Assembly: GCA_947628375.1 (NCBI GenBank)
Contig: CANQZQ010000003.1
Location: forward strand, 1 to 34,345
Length of the DNA stretch: 34,345 nt
Origin: an uncultured Bacilli bacterium
GTDB taxonomy: Bacteria; Bacillota_I; Bacilli_A; RF39; UBA660
Direction of reading: 5' to 3'
The translations under genes and the position numbers were made by a program. Of this stretch, positions 15,675-24,772 are shown piece after piece. How positions within the stretch are numbered: position 1 is the first letter of the stretch; each line of letters starts with the position of its first letter. The notes beneath the pieces were generated by a model. It was not told the DNA's origin. It saw nothing but the letters and a program-made list of their open reading frames with translations, and did not search any database.

Positions 15675-16848
15675 GTTACTTGCTCCGGCTGGTGATTTAG
15701 AAAGACTTAAAATTGCCTTCCTTTATGGAGCTGACGCATGTTATATAGGGGGAAAAGATTATAGTCTAAGAGCTAATGCTAAAAATTTTAGCCTTGATGA
15801 AATAAAAGAAGCGACTATCTTTGCTCATGAGTTACAAAAGAAAATATATGTTACAGTGAATATTGTTTTTCATGATAGTAATTTACCTAATTTAGATTCT
15901 TATTTAAAAAAATTAAAAGAGATTGGTGTAGATGCCGTTATTGTTAGTGATATAGTTGCACTTAAAAAAGCCCAAGAAATAGGATTAGATATTATTTTAT
16001 CTACGCAATCAAGTATTTTAAATTATAGTGCCATTAAATTTTGGCAAGGTTTGGGAGTCAAAAGATTTGTTTTAGGAAGAGAAGCAACAAGAGAAGATAT
16101 AATTAGAATTAAAAAAGAATGTGATGTTCAAATTGAATGTTTTATTCATGGTGCCATGTGTACCAGCATAAGTGGTAAATGTGTTTTATCAAACTATATG
16201 ACTGGAAGAGATTCTAATCGTGGTGGTTGTGCCCAAATTTGTCGTTGGGTTTTTAAAACCGATGGCCCTGATTTTACTTTTATGAGTAAAGACTTAAATA
16301 TGGTGGAATATATCGAAGATATGATAAATATTGGTGTTTCATCTTTTAAAGTAGAAGGAAGAATGCGTTCTATTTATTATATTGCTACAGTCATTTTATG
16401 TTATCGCAAGATTATTGATAAAATTAATAATCATACTTTAACAAAGGAAGATAAAATATATTATCAAAAAGTATTAGACCGAGTTGCCAATCGCGATACG
16501 ATGCCTCAATTTTATCAAAAGTTTCCTGGTGTTAATGAAAGTTACTTTAATGACCGAGTTGAAGTATCTAATCAAGATTTTTTAGGAATAGTTATTTCTT
16601 ATGACAAAGAAAAAAAATTAATTTATTTAGAGCAAAGAAATTATTTTAAAATTGGTGATGTTGTTGAATTTATTGGTCCAAATATGGAACCAATTACATA
16701 TACTATAACTAGTATAATAAATGAAGATCATGAAAATATCGATATTGCTAGACATCCTCAAATGCGCATCTATTTACCATTTGATAAAGATATTTGTCCC
16801 TATGCTATGATGCGTATAAAAATATTTGACAAAAAAGATATTTTATAG
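15667..16848 (+). CDS. Peptidase U32-family protein (YrrO/TrhP-like)
   Basis: ELLAPAG, HGAMCTSISGKC, NRGGCAQICR, FKVEGRMRS. Confidence 0.92.
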   Translation: MTELLAPAGDLERLKIAFLYGADACYIGGKDYSLRANAKNFSLDEIKEATIFAHELQKKIYVTVNIVFHDSNLPNLDSYLKKLKEIGVDAVIVSDIVALKKAQEIGLDIILSTQSSILNYSAIKFWQGLGVKRFVLGREATREDIIRIKKECDVQIECFIHGAMCTSISGKCVLSNYMTGRDSNRGGCAQICRWVFKTDGPDFTFMSKDLNMVEYIEDMINIGVSSFKVEGRMRSIYYIATVILCYRKIIDKINNHTLTKEDKIYYQKVLDRVANRDTMPQFYQKFPGVNESYFNDRVEVSNQDFLGIVISYDKEKKLIYLEQRNYFKIGDVVEFIGPNMEPITYTITSIINEDHENIDIARHPQMRIYLPFDKDICPYAMMRIKIFDKKDIL

Positions 16849-16854
16849 TATCAT
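16826..16854 (+). promoter_or_regulatory. sigmaA promoter of greA
   Basis: TTGACA (16826-16831), 17 bp, TATCAT (16849-16854). Confidence 0.7.
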
Positions 16855-16894
16855 TTTGTACGTTAATTAATATTTAACAAAAGGAGAAATTTAA

Positions 16895-17365
16895 ATGAAA
16901 AAAGAAGATTTTTTCGAACTAACTGCTGAAGGTTATTTAGAGTTAGAAACTGAATTAAATGAACTAAAAAATGTTAAAAGAAAAGAAGTAATTACGGCTT
17001 TAAAAGAAGCAAGAGCGATGGGCGATTTATCAGAAAATGCTGATTATGATGCTGCTCGTAATGATCAAGCTCAAATTGAAGCTAGAATTAAAGAATTAGA
17101 ATATAAATTAGAACATAGTAAAATTGTTGATACCAGTAAAAAAGGTGGTAATATTGGTATTGGTTCTGTTGTTACCGTCAAAGATGAAGATGATGAAGAA
17201 GAAGAATATAAAATGGTTTCTTCAGTTGAATCAGATCCGTTCAATAATAAGATTTCTATTGAATCTCCAATTGGTATGGCTTTAAAAGGTCATAAAGTTG
17301 GTGATGAAGTAACAGTTGAAAGCCCAAATGGTGGCTACAAAATTAAAATCTTAAATGTCGCATAG
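16895..17365 (+). CDS. greA: Transcription elongation factor GreA
   Basis: EARAMGDLSENADYDAA, KISIESPIGMALKG. Confidence 0.97.
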   Translation: MKKEDFFELTAEGYLELETELNELKNVKRKEVITALKEARAMGDLSENADYDAARNDQAQIEARIKELEYKLEHSKIVDTSKKGGNIGIGSVVTVKDEDDEEEEYKMVSSVESDPFNNKISIESPIGMALKGHKVGDEVTVESPNGGYKIKILNVA

Positions 17366-17387
17366 AACATAGTAATATGTTCTTTTT
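17364..17387 (+). terminator. Intrinsic terminator after greA
   Basis: AGAACATA-GTAA-TATGTTCT then TTTT. Confidence 0.75.
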
Positions 17388-17410
17388 AAATAGTTTGCAA
17401 TGTTGTTACT

Positions 17411-17452
17411 ATCAACATAATATGTTGATTTAAAATTTAGTAATGTTATAAT
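17411..17452 (+). promoter_or_regulatory. TA promoter with palindromic operator
   Basis: ATCAACATA-A-TATGTTGAT (17411-17429) overlapping TTGATT (17425-17430); TGnTATAAT at 17444-17452. Confidence 0.7.
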
Positions 17453-17478
17453 GAAATAGATGGAAAGGAAGTGTTAAA

Positions 17479-17766
17479 ATGGCTAGTTATACAACCACGT
17501 TAAATGTTAATGTTGATGCTAAAACTAAAGAAGAAGCCACCAGAATATTAAAAGAATTAGGTCTTAATATGACAACGGCAGTTAATATGTTTTTAGCTCA
17601 AATTGTGAAAAGAAACGGCATTCCTTTTGAGGTAGTAAATAATAAACCAAGTAGAGAAGTAATGAAAGCGCTTAAAGAAGCTGATAATATTATTAAGCAT
17701 CCAGATGATTATCCAAGCTATGATAATAGAGAAGAATTAAAGAAGGCTTTTCTTGATGAAGAATAA
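17479..17766 (+). CDS. dinJ: RelB/DinJ-family antitoxin
   Basis: LNVNVDAKTKEEA...LGLNMTTAVNMFLAQIV..NGIPFEV. Confidence 0.9.
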   Translation: MASYTTTLNVNVDAKTKEEATRILKELGLNMTTAVNMFLAQIVKRNGIPFEVVNNKPSREVMKALKEADNIIKHPDDYPSYDNREELKKAFLDEE

Positions 17767-18050
17767 TATTTCTCCCAACTTTAGTAAAATATAAAAATAA
17801 AGTAAAATTTTCTACTCGGTTTAATAAAAGCTTAAAAAGGGTTTTAAAACAAGGAAAGAATATTGATAAATTATTAGATGTTATTGATTTATTAGCTAAT
17901 GGAGAAGAGTTGCCTTATAAATAATAATCTTTATGTTAATTGTTATGAATGTCATATTTAGCCCGATTGGCTTTTAATATATCGTTATAATTATGATGAA
18001 TTAATATTAGTCTTAGTTAACACAGGAAGTCATAATTATTTATTTAAAAT
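17756..18050 (+). pseudogene. yafQ: YafQ-family mRNA interferase toxin, disrupted
   Basis: KVKFSTRFNKSLKRVLKQGKNIDKLLDVIDLLANGEELPYK* (TAA 17922-17924), then in another frame YECHI*PDWLLIYRY...LVLVNTGSH (TAG 17959-17961). Confidence 0.88.
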
Positions 18051-18130
18051 TTTAGCTTATCTTTTTGGTAAGTTTTTCTATGCAAAAAAATAAACTTATG
18101 CTAAAATAGATTTTATTGAAGGAGATTTTT

Positions 18131-19072
18131 ATGATTGAAACGGTTATAATTAATAGTGAAAAATTAGAGAAAGAATTAGATGATATTCTCCATTATGAGT
18201 TCAAAAATTGTGATATTTATAAAAATGAAGTTTACAATTTTAATTATGAATTAAAAAGATTTTTAAATCCATTTTTAAATCTTCAACTTTATCATGATTA
18301 TAGCATTTCTTTAACTGATCCAAAAATTTATACGGCTGATAAAAAACGAGTATTATGTTTTACTTGCAATAATTTTAATAATGATAGTTCATATATATTT
18401 TATATAGATAATTATATTGGAATGAATGAAGTAACAGTTAAAAGTAAAAATGGTAAAGAAGAAGAGGTTGTTTGGAAATATCAAGTAGAACCTAACATGA
18501 CCTATTTACCTAAAGCTTTATCACTTACTAAATCAGGTGTTAAGAAGTCGGTTGAAATATTAGAAGGAAAAGATGAATATACTATCAATTATCAAAATGG
18601 TAATGATAAAATAATTAAAATTGTTTTATCTAGTGAAGATTTGAGTAAAATATTAAGTTTATATGATTTACAAATATTTATCGCTATTGTAAAAGAAGGT
18701 AGAGATTTTGGCTTTGAATATATGCTTCTTTATCTAATAGATATATGTCAAAAAATAAAAGATAAATTTAATATTAAAATGTTTGAAATGCATTATGATA
18801 AAGAAAGAAATTATTTCTTTAATTATTTAGTTATTAAAGAGGGTAAAATCCAAAGATTTGAACATAAAGTTAATGATTTGGTAACTATTCTTGATGAAAA
18901 TAGTATTTGGCATTATAGTGATGATAATGTTCGAATTGATGCTGATGATAATTTAAATGAAACAGTAAGATTTAAGTCAGGAATTAATAAAAGAATTTTA
19001 GGAAGAAAAATTACAAGAGGTGAACAAAGTATTAAAAGAGTTAGAGATACTTTAACTCACATAATGAAGTAA
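18131..19072 (+). CDS. Hypothetical protein
   Basis: Long ORF; AAGGAG SD before ATG 18131 (in frame with ORF-track TTG 18116); no motif recognised. Confidence 0.7.
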   Translation: MIETVIINSEKLEKELDDILHYEFKNCDIYKNEVYNFNYELKRFLNPFLNLQLYHDYSISLTDPKIYTADKKRVLCFTCNNFNNDSSYIFYIDNYIGMNEVTVKSKNGKEEEVVWKYQVEPNMTYLPKALSLTKSGVKKSVEILEGKDEYTINYQNGNDKIIKIVLSSEDLSKILSLYDLQIFIAIVKEGRDFGFEYMLLYLIDICQKIKDKFNIKMFEMHYDKERNYFFNYLVIKEGKIQRFEHKVNDLVTILDENSIWHYSDDNVRIDADDNLNETVRFKSGINKRILGRKITRGEQSIKRVRDTLTHIMK

Positions 19073-19076
19073 CTTA

Positions 19077-19105
19077 TTGCTAAACAAGGGATTTTATAAT
19101 ATAAT
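19077..19105 (+). promoter_or_regulatory. sigmaA promoter of tig
   Basis: TTGCTA, 17 bp, TATAAT (19100-19105). Confidence 0.7.
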
Positions 19106-19132
19106 AAAGAAGTATTTGAAAGGTGTGAATTA

Positions 19133-20395
19133 ATGAAAAACGTACATGAAATTGAAATTAAACTTGAGGGTGAAAAATGGACTAATTGTTTAGATAATGC
19201 CTTTAAAAAAGCTAATAAAGAGGTTAAAATAGATGGCTTTAGAAAAGGATGCGCTCCTAAAGATGTTTATCTAAAACATTATAAAATTGAATCTTTATAT
19301 AATGACGCTATTCAAGAAGCAATTAATATCGCTTATAAAGAAGTATTAGATGAACATAAATTAACTCCCGTTATTGAACCGGAAGTTAATGTTACTGGTA
19401 TTTCTGATGGCTCTGTTATTTTTAGTTTTAAAATTATTACTAAACCAGAAGTTAAACTATCTTCTTATAAAAATTTAGGTGTTAAAAAAGAAAAAGCTAA
19501 AGTATCAAAAGAAGAATTAAATGAAGAAATTGAACATTTAAGAAGTGAACTAGCAGAAGTAGTAGTTAAAGAAAATGGCGAAGTAGCAAATGGCGATACT
19601 GTTGTTATTGATTTCGATGGTTTTGTTGACGGTAAACCTCTAGATGGTGGTAAGGGTGAAAATTATCCATTGGAAATTGGCTCTCATACTTTTATTCCTG
19701 GCTTTGAAGAAGGACTTATTTCTCATCATACAAATGATGAAGTAGAACTTAATTTGACATTCCCTGAAAATTATGTTGAAGATTTAAAAAATAAACCAGT
19801 TACTTTTAAAGTAAAGATTCATGAAATCAAAGCAAAAGTTTTACCAGAAATTAATGAAGAATTTTATAAAGATTTAGGACTTGAGGTTAAAACCAAAGAA
19901 GAATTTGAGAAAGAAGTAGAAAAAAATATCAAAGCTCATAAAGAAGAACATATTGAAGAAGAGTTTGTCGATAATTTACTTGAAGCCGCTACTAAAAACT
20001 TAGAAGTTGAAATAAATCCTGAAATTATTGATGAAGAAGTACATCGTATGATGGAAGGATATCAAAGACAACTTAAAACTCAAGGTATTGATATGGAACA
20101 ATATTATAAAATTACCGGAACAACTCATGAAGATTTACATAAGCAATTAGAACCTGAAGCCATTAAAAGACTTAAATATCGTTATATAATTGAGACCATT
20201 GCTGATATGGAAAAAATTGACTTTACGGAAAAGGAAGTTAAAGATAAAGCTAAAGAAATGGCTGATAATTATGGTATTAAATTAGAAGAGTTAATTGAAG
20301 CATATGGTACTCTTGATGTTGTTAAATATGATATGCGTATGCATCGTGCTTTAGAAATATTAAAAGAAAGTAATGAAGCTAAAAAAGGTGAGTAA
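19133..20395 (+). CDS. tig: Trigger factor
   Basis: GFRKG ribosome-binding motif; FKBP domain IDFDG...GSHTFIPGFEEGL...TFPENY. Confidence 0.97.
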   Translation: MKNVHEIEIKLEGEKWTNCLDNAFKKANKEVKIDGFRKGCAPKDVYLKHYKIESLYNDAIQEAINIAYKEVLDEHKLTPVIEPEVNVTGISDGSVIFSFKIITKPEVKLSSYKNLGVKKEKAKVSKEELNEEIEHLRSELAEVVVKENGEVANGDTVVIDFDGFVDGKPLDGGKGENYPLEIGSHTFIPGFEEGLISHHTNDEVELNLTFPENYVEDLKNKPVTFKVKIHEIKAKVLPEINEEFYKDLGLEVKTKEEFEKEVEKNIKAHKEEHIEEEFVDNLLEAATKNLEVEINPEIIDEEVHRMMEGYQRQLKTQGIDMEQYYKITGTTHEDLHKQLEPEAIKRLKYRYIIETIADMEKIDFTEKEVKDKAKEMADNYGIKLEELIEAYGTLDVVKYDMRMHRALEILKESNEAKKGE

Positions 20396-20407
20396 TCATC
20401 TTTTTTT
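20381..20407 (+). terminator. Intrinsic terminator after tig
   Basis: AAAAAAGGTGA-GTAA-TCATCTTTTTTT. Confidence 0.7.
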
Positions 20408-20445
20408 CTTATTAAAATCTTTTTTTAAAAATTATCTTTTTTATA

Positions 20446-20474
20446 TTTACAAACTAAAAAATATTTTTTATAAT
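20446..20474 (+). promoter_or_regulatory. sigmaA promoter of lon
   Basis: TTTACA, 17 bp, TATAAT (20469-20474). Confidence 0.6.
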
Positions 20475-20499
20475 AAACCTTGAACTTTGGAGGTGCAAA

Positions 20500-22788
20500 A
20501 TGGACTATACATTACTTGTTATGCTCTTAAAAGATTTAGTGATTTTGCCCTTTCAAGAAATTAAACTTGAATTAAAAGATGAAATAAGTAAAAAGATAAT
20601 TAAACTTAGTAATAAAAAATATAGTGATCGCGTTTTAATAGTATCTCCGATAGCTAGCGATAAAGAAACTTCAGTTGATGATTTACCTAAAGTAGGGGTT
20701 ATTGCTTATATTAAAAGTAAGATTGAACTATCTAATGGTAACTTAAGACTTACTTTAAGAGGTGAAAAAAGAGTTAAAATATTAGAATATCGTTCTTTTA
20801 CTGAAGATATTATTGATGCTCAAATAACTGATATAGTTTTACCTAAACTAGAAGCTACAACAGAAGAAGTAACTAAAAGAAAACTAAAAACAACATTAGA
20901 AGAATATATTTCGACTAACTCTAGTGTTTCTAATAGTATTTTAAAAACTATTAATGAAAATGATGATTTAGGTTTTTTAACTGATGCTATAACTTCTTTT
21001 TTGCCTTTGGATTTTTCTAAAAAACATAATTATATGTTAGAGTTAAATAGTGAAAAAAGAGCCTTGTCTTTAATTAAAGATATCAATATAGAAATAAAAT
21101 ATAATGAATTAGATGAAAAAATATCTAATAATGTCGAAATTCGTTTAACGAAAGAACAAGAGGAATATTATTTAAAAGAAAAACTAAAAGAAATTGAAAA
21201 TGCTTTAAATATTAAAGAAAGCGAATTAGAAGATATTAATAAATACTTAGATATTCTAAATAATTTAAAATTATCTTCAAAAACTCATGAAAAACTTTTA
21301 AATGAGATAGATAAATTAAAAAGAATTCCTAAAACATCACCAGAATATGGAGTAATAGTTAGTTATTTAGAATGGGTTTTATCTCTTCCATGGCAAAATG
21401 AAAGTACTGAAAACTTAAATGTTAAAACAGTTTTAAATCATTTAAATAAAAGCCATTATGGTCTTTACTTGATTAAAGAAAGAATTGAAGATTATGTTAA
21501 TGCCAAAAATATTAATGAAGAAATTGCTAACCCCATTATTTGTCTAGTAGGTCCACCAGGTATTGGTAAAACCACTATTTCTAAATCAATTGCGGAAGCA
21601 TTAAATAGAGAATTTGCTAAAATAAGTGTTGGAGGACTAAATGATGCCACTGAATTAGTTGGATCAAGAAGAACTTATTTAGGGGCTCTTCCTGGTAAAA
21701 TAATGCAATCATTAAAAAAATGTGGCACTAATAATCCGGTAATTTTAATTGATGAAGTTGATAAAATGGTTAAAGATTATAAAGGAGATCCCGCTAGTAT
21801 TTTACTTGATGTTTTAGATTCCAATCAAAATAAAAGCTTTGTTGATAATTACATTGAAGAGCCTTTTGACTTAAGCCACGTTTTATTTATTTTAACCGCT
21901 AATAGTGTTGATACTGTTCCCTATACTTTATATGATCGCTTAGAAATTATTAATCTATCTAGTTATACTGTCTTTGAAAAATTAGATATAGCTAAAAAAT
22001 ATCTTTTACCTAAAATATATGCTGATTTTAAAATCACCAAAAAGTTAATAATGAAAGATGATACTATTATATATTTAATTAATAATTATACAAAAGAAGC
22101 GGGAGTTCGTAACCTTCAAAGAATATTAAAAACTTTAGTTACTAAAGTTATCTCTAGCAAAAAAGAAAGCTTAACTATTACTAATGAAGATCTTAAAAAA
22201 TATTTAAAAGAACCAATAAATGAAATTAAATTAAATAAAAAAGAACTACCGGGGATAGTTAATGCTTTAGCTTATACTAACTTAGGAGGAGTCGCTTTAA
22301 CGGTTGAAGCCTCAGTATATAATGGTGAAGAAAAAGTGATTACTACCGGTTCTTTAGGTGATGTCTTAAAAGAAAGTGTTTATGTTGCCTCCTCTTTTAT
22401 TAAAGAAAGCGATTATGTTAATAGTACTGCTTTTTATAATAGAACAATTCATATTCATATCCCCGATAATGCCAGTAAAAAAGAAGGCCCATCTTGTGGC
22501 ATTGCAATTACGACGGCCATTTTATCAGTTATTTTAAATGTTAAAATAGATCCGTTAGTTGCTTTTAGTGGAGAAATTAGTTTAAAAGGTAATATCTTAC
22601 CTATTGGGGGTCTAAAAGAAAAACTAATCGCAGCTTATAATAACGGAATTAAAAAAGTCTATATTCCTGAAGATAATAGTAATGATTTACTTGAGGTCCC
22701 TAAACAAATAATTGATAATTTAGAAATTAAATTAGTTAATAATTATGATACTATTTATAAAGATTTATTTAAAAATAATATAGCTTAA
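20500..22788 (+). CDS. lon: ATP-dependent protease La
   Basis: GPPGIGKT, RRTYLGALPGKI, LIDEVDK, catalytic KEGPSCG and IGGLKEK. Confidence 0.96.
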   Translation: MDYTLLVMLLKDLVILPFQEIKLELKDEISKKIIKLSNKKYSDRVLIVSPIASDKETSVDDLPKVGVIAYIKSKIELSNGNLRLTLRGEKRVKILEYRSFTEDIIDAQITDIVLPKLEATTEEVTKRKLKTTLEEYISTNSSVSNSILKTINENDDLGFLTDAITSFLPLDFSKKHNYMLELNSEKRALSLIKDINIEIKYNELDEKISNNVEIRLTKEQEEYYLKEKLKEIENALNIKESELEDINKYLDILNNLKLSSKTHEKLLNEIDKLKRIPKTSPEYGVIVSYLEWVLSLPWQNESTENLNVKTVLNHLNKSHYGLYLIKERIEDYVNAKNINEEIANPIICLVGPPGIGKTTISKSIAEALNREFAKISVGGLNDATELVGSRRTYLGALPGKIMQSLKKCGTNNPVILIDEVDKMVKDYKGDPASILLDVLDSNQNKSFVDNYIEEPFDLSHVLFILTANSVDTVPYTLYDRLEIINLSSYTVFEKLDIAKKYLLPKIYADFKITKKLIMKDDTIIYLINNYTKEAGVRNLQRILKTLVTKVISSKKESLTITNEDLKKYLKEPINEIKLNKKELPGIVNALAYTNLGGVALTVEASVYNGEEKVITTGSLGDVLKESVYVASSFIKESDYVNSTAFYNRTIHIHIPDNASKKEGPSCGIAITTAILSVILNVKIDPLVAFSGEISLKGNILPIGGLKEKLIAAYNNGIKKVYIPEDNSNDLLEVPKQIIDNLEIKLVNNYDTIYKDLFKNNIA

Positions 22789-22804
22789 GTTATATTATTT
22801 TTTT
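22771..22804 (+). terminator. AT-rich hairpin terminator at end of lon
   Basis: AAAAATAATATAGC-TTAA-GTTATATTATTTTT(TT). Confidence 0.55.
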
Positions 22805-22836
22805 AATTAACATATTATTTTTTAGGAGATGATAAT

Positions 22837-23595
22837 ATGTATGTAAAAATACCTTTTGAAAGTATTATTGACTTTAAAACAAATATCTCAGAAATAACAA
22901 AAATGTCTTTAGAACACGATTATAATATCTCAGAAGGCTTAGTTTTAGGTAATTTCTATGTAAGTGGGGAATACAAGACTCATGAAGTAAGTGTTAATAC
23001 TGAACCTTTTAAATATACTTTACCATTTACCGTAGAATTAAGAGAGGATATTAAAAAGGATACTTTAGAATTCAATATTGAAGATTTTTCTTATGAAATT
23101 ACTGATAAAACTAATTTAAAAGTTAATATTGAATATTCATTAAAAGCTTTAGTTAATGAAGAAGAAGTTTTTGAAAGAGTTAATGAAGAAGAGTTAAATA
23201 GTGAATTAGAATTTATTGATGAATTTTTAAATCAAGAAAAAATTAATGAAGAAGAAGGGGAGAATGATGATGAAAGAATTAATGAAGAAAGTGAAAATGT
23301 GGTTTCAAAAAATGAAGAAGAAACTAAAGAAATAGCTTTAGAAGAAAGTAAAGATTTAAAAGAAGAGGAAAAAGAAGAAAGATTAGGAGAAACCGAAGAA
23401 AAAACAATAATGGAAACAATTAAAGATAGTGATGATACATTTGTTACATATCATGTTCATATTGCTAAAGAAAATGAAACTTTAGAAACAATTGCTAATT
23501 TTTATAGTGTACCAAGTAGTATTATAACTGAGTATAATAATTGTGATTCAGTCTCAACTGGCGATAAAGTTTTAATACCTAAAATCGATGAATAA
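22837..23595 (+). CDS. spoVID: SpoVID-like LysM protein
   Basis: N-terminal GNFYVSGEY...IEDFSYEI, Glu-rich linker, C-terminal LysM (VHIAKENETLETIA...GDKVLIP); followed by ysxE-like gene. Confidence 0.65.
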   Translation: MYVKIPFESIIDFKTNISEITKMSLEHDYNISEGLVLGNFYVSGEYKTHEVSVNTEPFKYTLPFTVELREDIKKDTLEFNIEDFSYEITDKTNLKVNIEYSLKALVNEEEVFERVNEEELNSELEFIDEFLNQEKINEEEGENDDERINEESENVVSKNEEETKEIALEESKDLKEEEKEERLGETEEKTIMETIKDSDDTFVTYHVHIAKENETLETIANFYSVPSSIITEYNNCDSVSTGDKVLIPKIDE

Positions 23596-24481
23596 ATTAG
23601 AAAGCTTAAAATCATTATATAAACCATATCGTTATACTATTAAAGGAAAATGTACAATTTTAGAAACTACAAGTGGTAATTTTGTCGTTAAGAAAAAACC
23701 AAAAAATAAAGACTTAAATAGTATTTTTAATTATTTAAAAAGTCGTGGGTTTAATAATTTTCCAGAATGTTTTTCATCTTTTAATAGTCGTGATGATGAT
23801 ATCGTTTATGAATACATTGAAGATAATGAAATAATTAACCCTAATAAATGCGAAGATTTAATTTCTTTGGTGGCCCTTTTACATTCTAAAACTTCTTATA
23901 ATAAAGAAGTAAGAGAAGAAACCTATCAAGAAATATATGAAAATATTGATAATAATATTGCTTATTTAAAAAGTTATTATTTAAAGTATTATGATTTATT
24001 TTTAAAAAGTATTTACCCGTCCCCCAAAGAATATGAATTTTTAAGAAATTATTCTAAAATCAATGCAGCTTTAGATTTTTCTAAAAGAGAGTTAGATGAT
24101 TGGTTTAATTTAGTCAAGGATAAAAAAAGTGAAAGAATATCTTTAGTTCATAATAATTTAAGCCTAGATCATTATTTAATTAATGATAAAGAATATTTAA
24201 TAAGTTGGGATAATGCTAAATTTGATACGCCAATCTTAGATTTATATAATCTATATCAAAATAACTTTTGGGATTTAGAATTTAGTAGTATTTATAAAAA
24301 ATATTTGTTAACTTCTCCTTTATCTAATGAGGAGCAAAAATTATTTTTTATTTTAATAAGTTTAGTCCCCGAGATTAATTTTGATGGTTCGGAATTTGAA
24401 GTATGTAAAGAGATGCGTAAAAAAATAGATTATATTTATAAAACTGAGGACTTTTTAAAAGAATATTATCAAAATGAGTAA
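23588..24481 (+). CDS. ysxE: YsxE/CotS-family kinase-like spore coat protein
   Basis: VALLHSKT, LVHNNLSLDHYL, YLISWDNAKFDTPILDL; spoVID-ysxE synteny. Confidence 0.7.
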   Translation: MNKLESLKSLYKPYRYTIKGKCTILETTSGNFVVKKKPKNKDLNSIFNYLKSRGFNNFPECFSSFNSRDDDIVYEYIEDNEIINPNKCEDLISLVALLHSKTSYNKEVREETYQEIYENIDNNIAYLKSYYLKYYDLFLKSIYPSPKEYEFLRNYSKINAALDFSKRELDDWFNLVKDKKSERISLVHNNLSLDHYLINDKEYLISWDNAKFDTPILDLYNLYQNNFWDLEFSSIYKKYLLTSPLSNEEQKLFFILISLVPEINFDGSEFEVCKEMRKKIDYIYKTEDFLKEYYQNE

Positions 24482-24486
24482 ATGAT

Positions 24487-24660
24487 TTAAAACCAAACAA
24501 TTCTGCTTATACAAGCAAAGAGTAAAAGTATTTCTACAAATAAAATAAAAATATTATATCTAAATGGCAAAATAAAAGTTATAATTAATTGATAAAAAAT
24601 TAAAATACATAAACCAATGGCACAAAAAATATAAAATGTTGGATTAGGCCTTTTAGGCAT
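24487..24660 (-). CDS. 57-aa two-TM small membrane protein
   Basis: MPKRPNPTFYIFCAIGLCILIF...; AGGTGAT SD upstream of ATG at 24660. Confidence 0.55.
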   Translation of the reverse strand: MPKRPNPTFYIFCAIGLCILIFYQLIITFILPFRYNIFILFVEILLLFACISRIVWF

Positions 24661-24662
24661 AG

Positions 24663-24700
24663 ATATCACCTATAATAATATATTATTGGTGATATTTTTT
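24663..24700 (+). terminator. Hairpin with T-tract on + strand; covers the SD of the minus-strand small gene
   Basis: ATATCACC (24663-24670) / GGTGATAT (24688-24695), inner AATAATA/TATTATT, T run to 24700. Confidence 0.55.
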
Positions 24701-24772
24701 GTGCAAAACTATTTAAAAAGATAAAAAAATATGATAATATAAAAGTAATAGAAAAATAGAAAGAGGATAGTT

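Noticed and set aside
23150-23410. GAA-rich low-complexity stretch as a tandem repeat
   Set aside because: Explained by the Glu-rich linker of the SpoVID-like protein.
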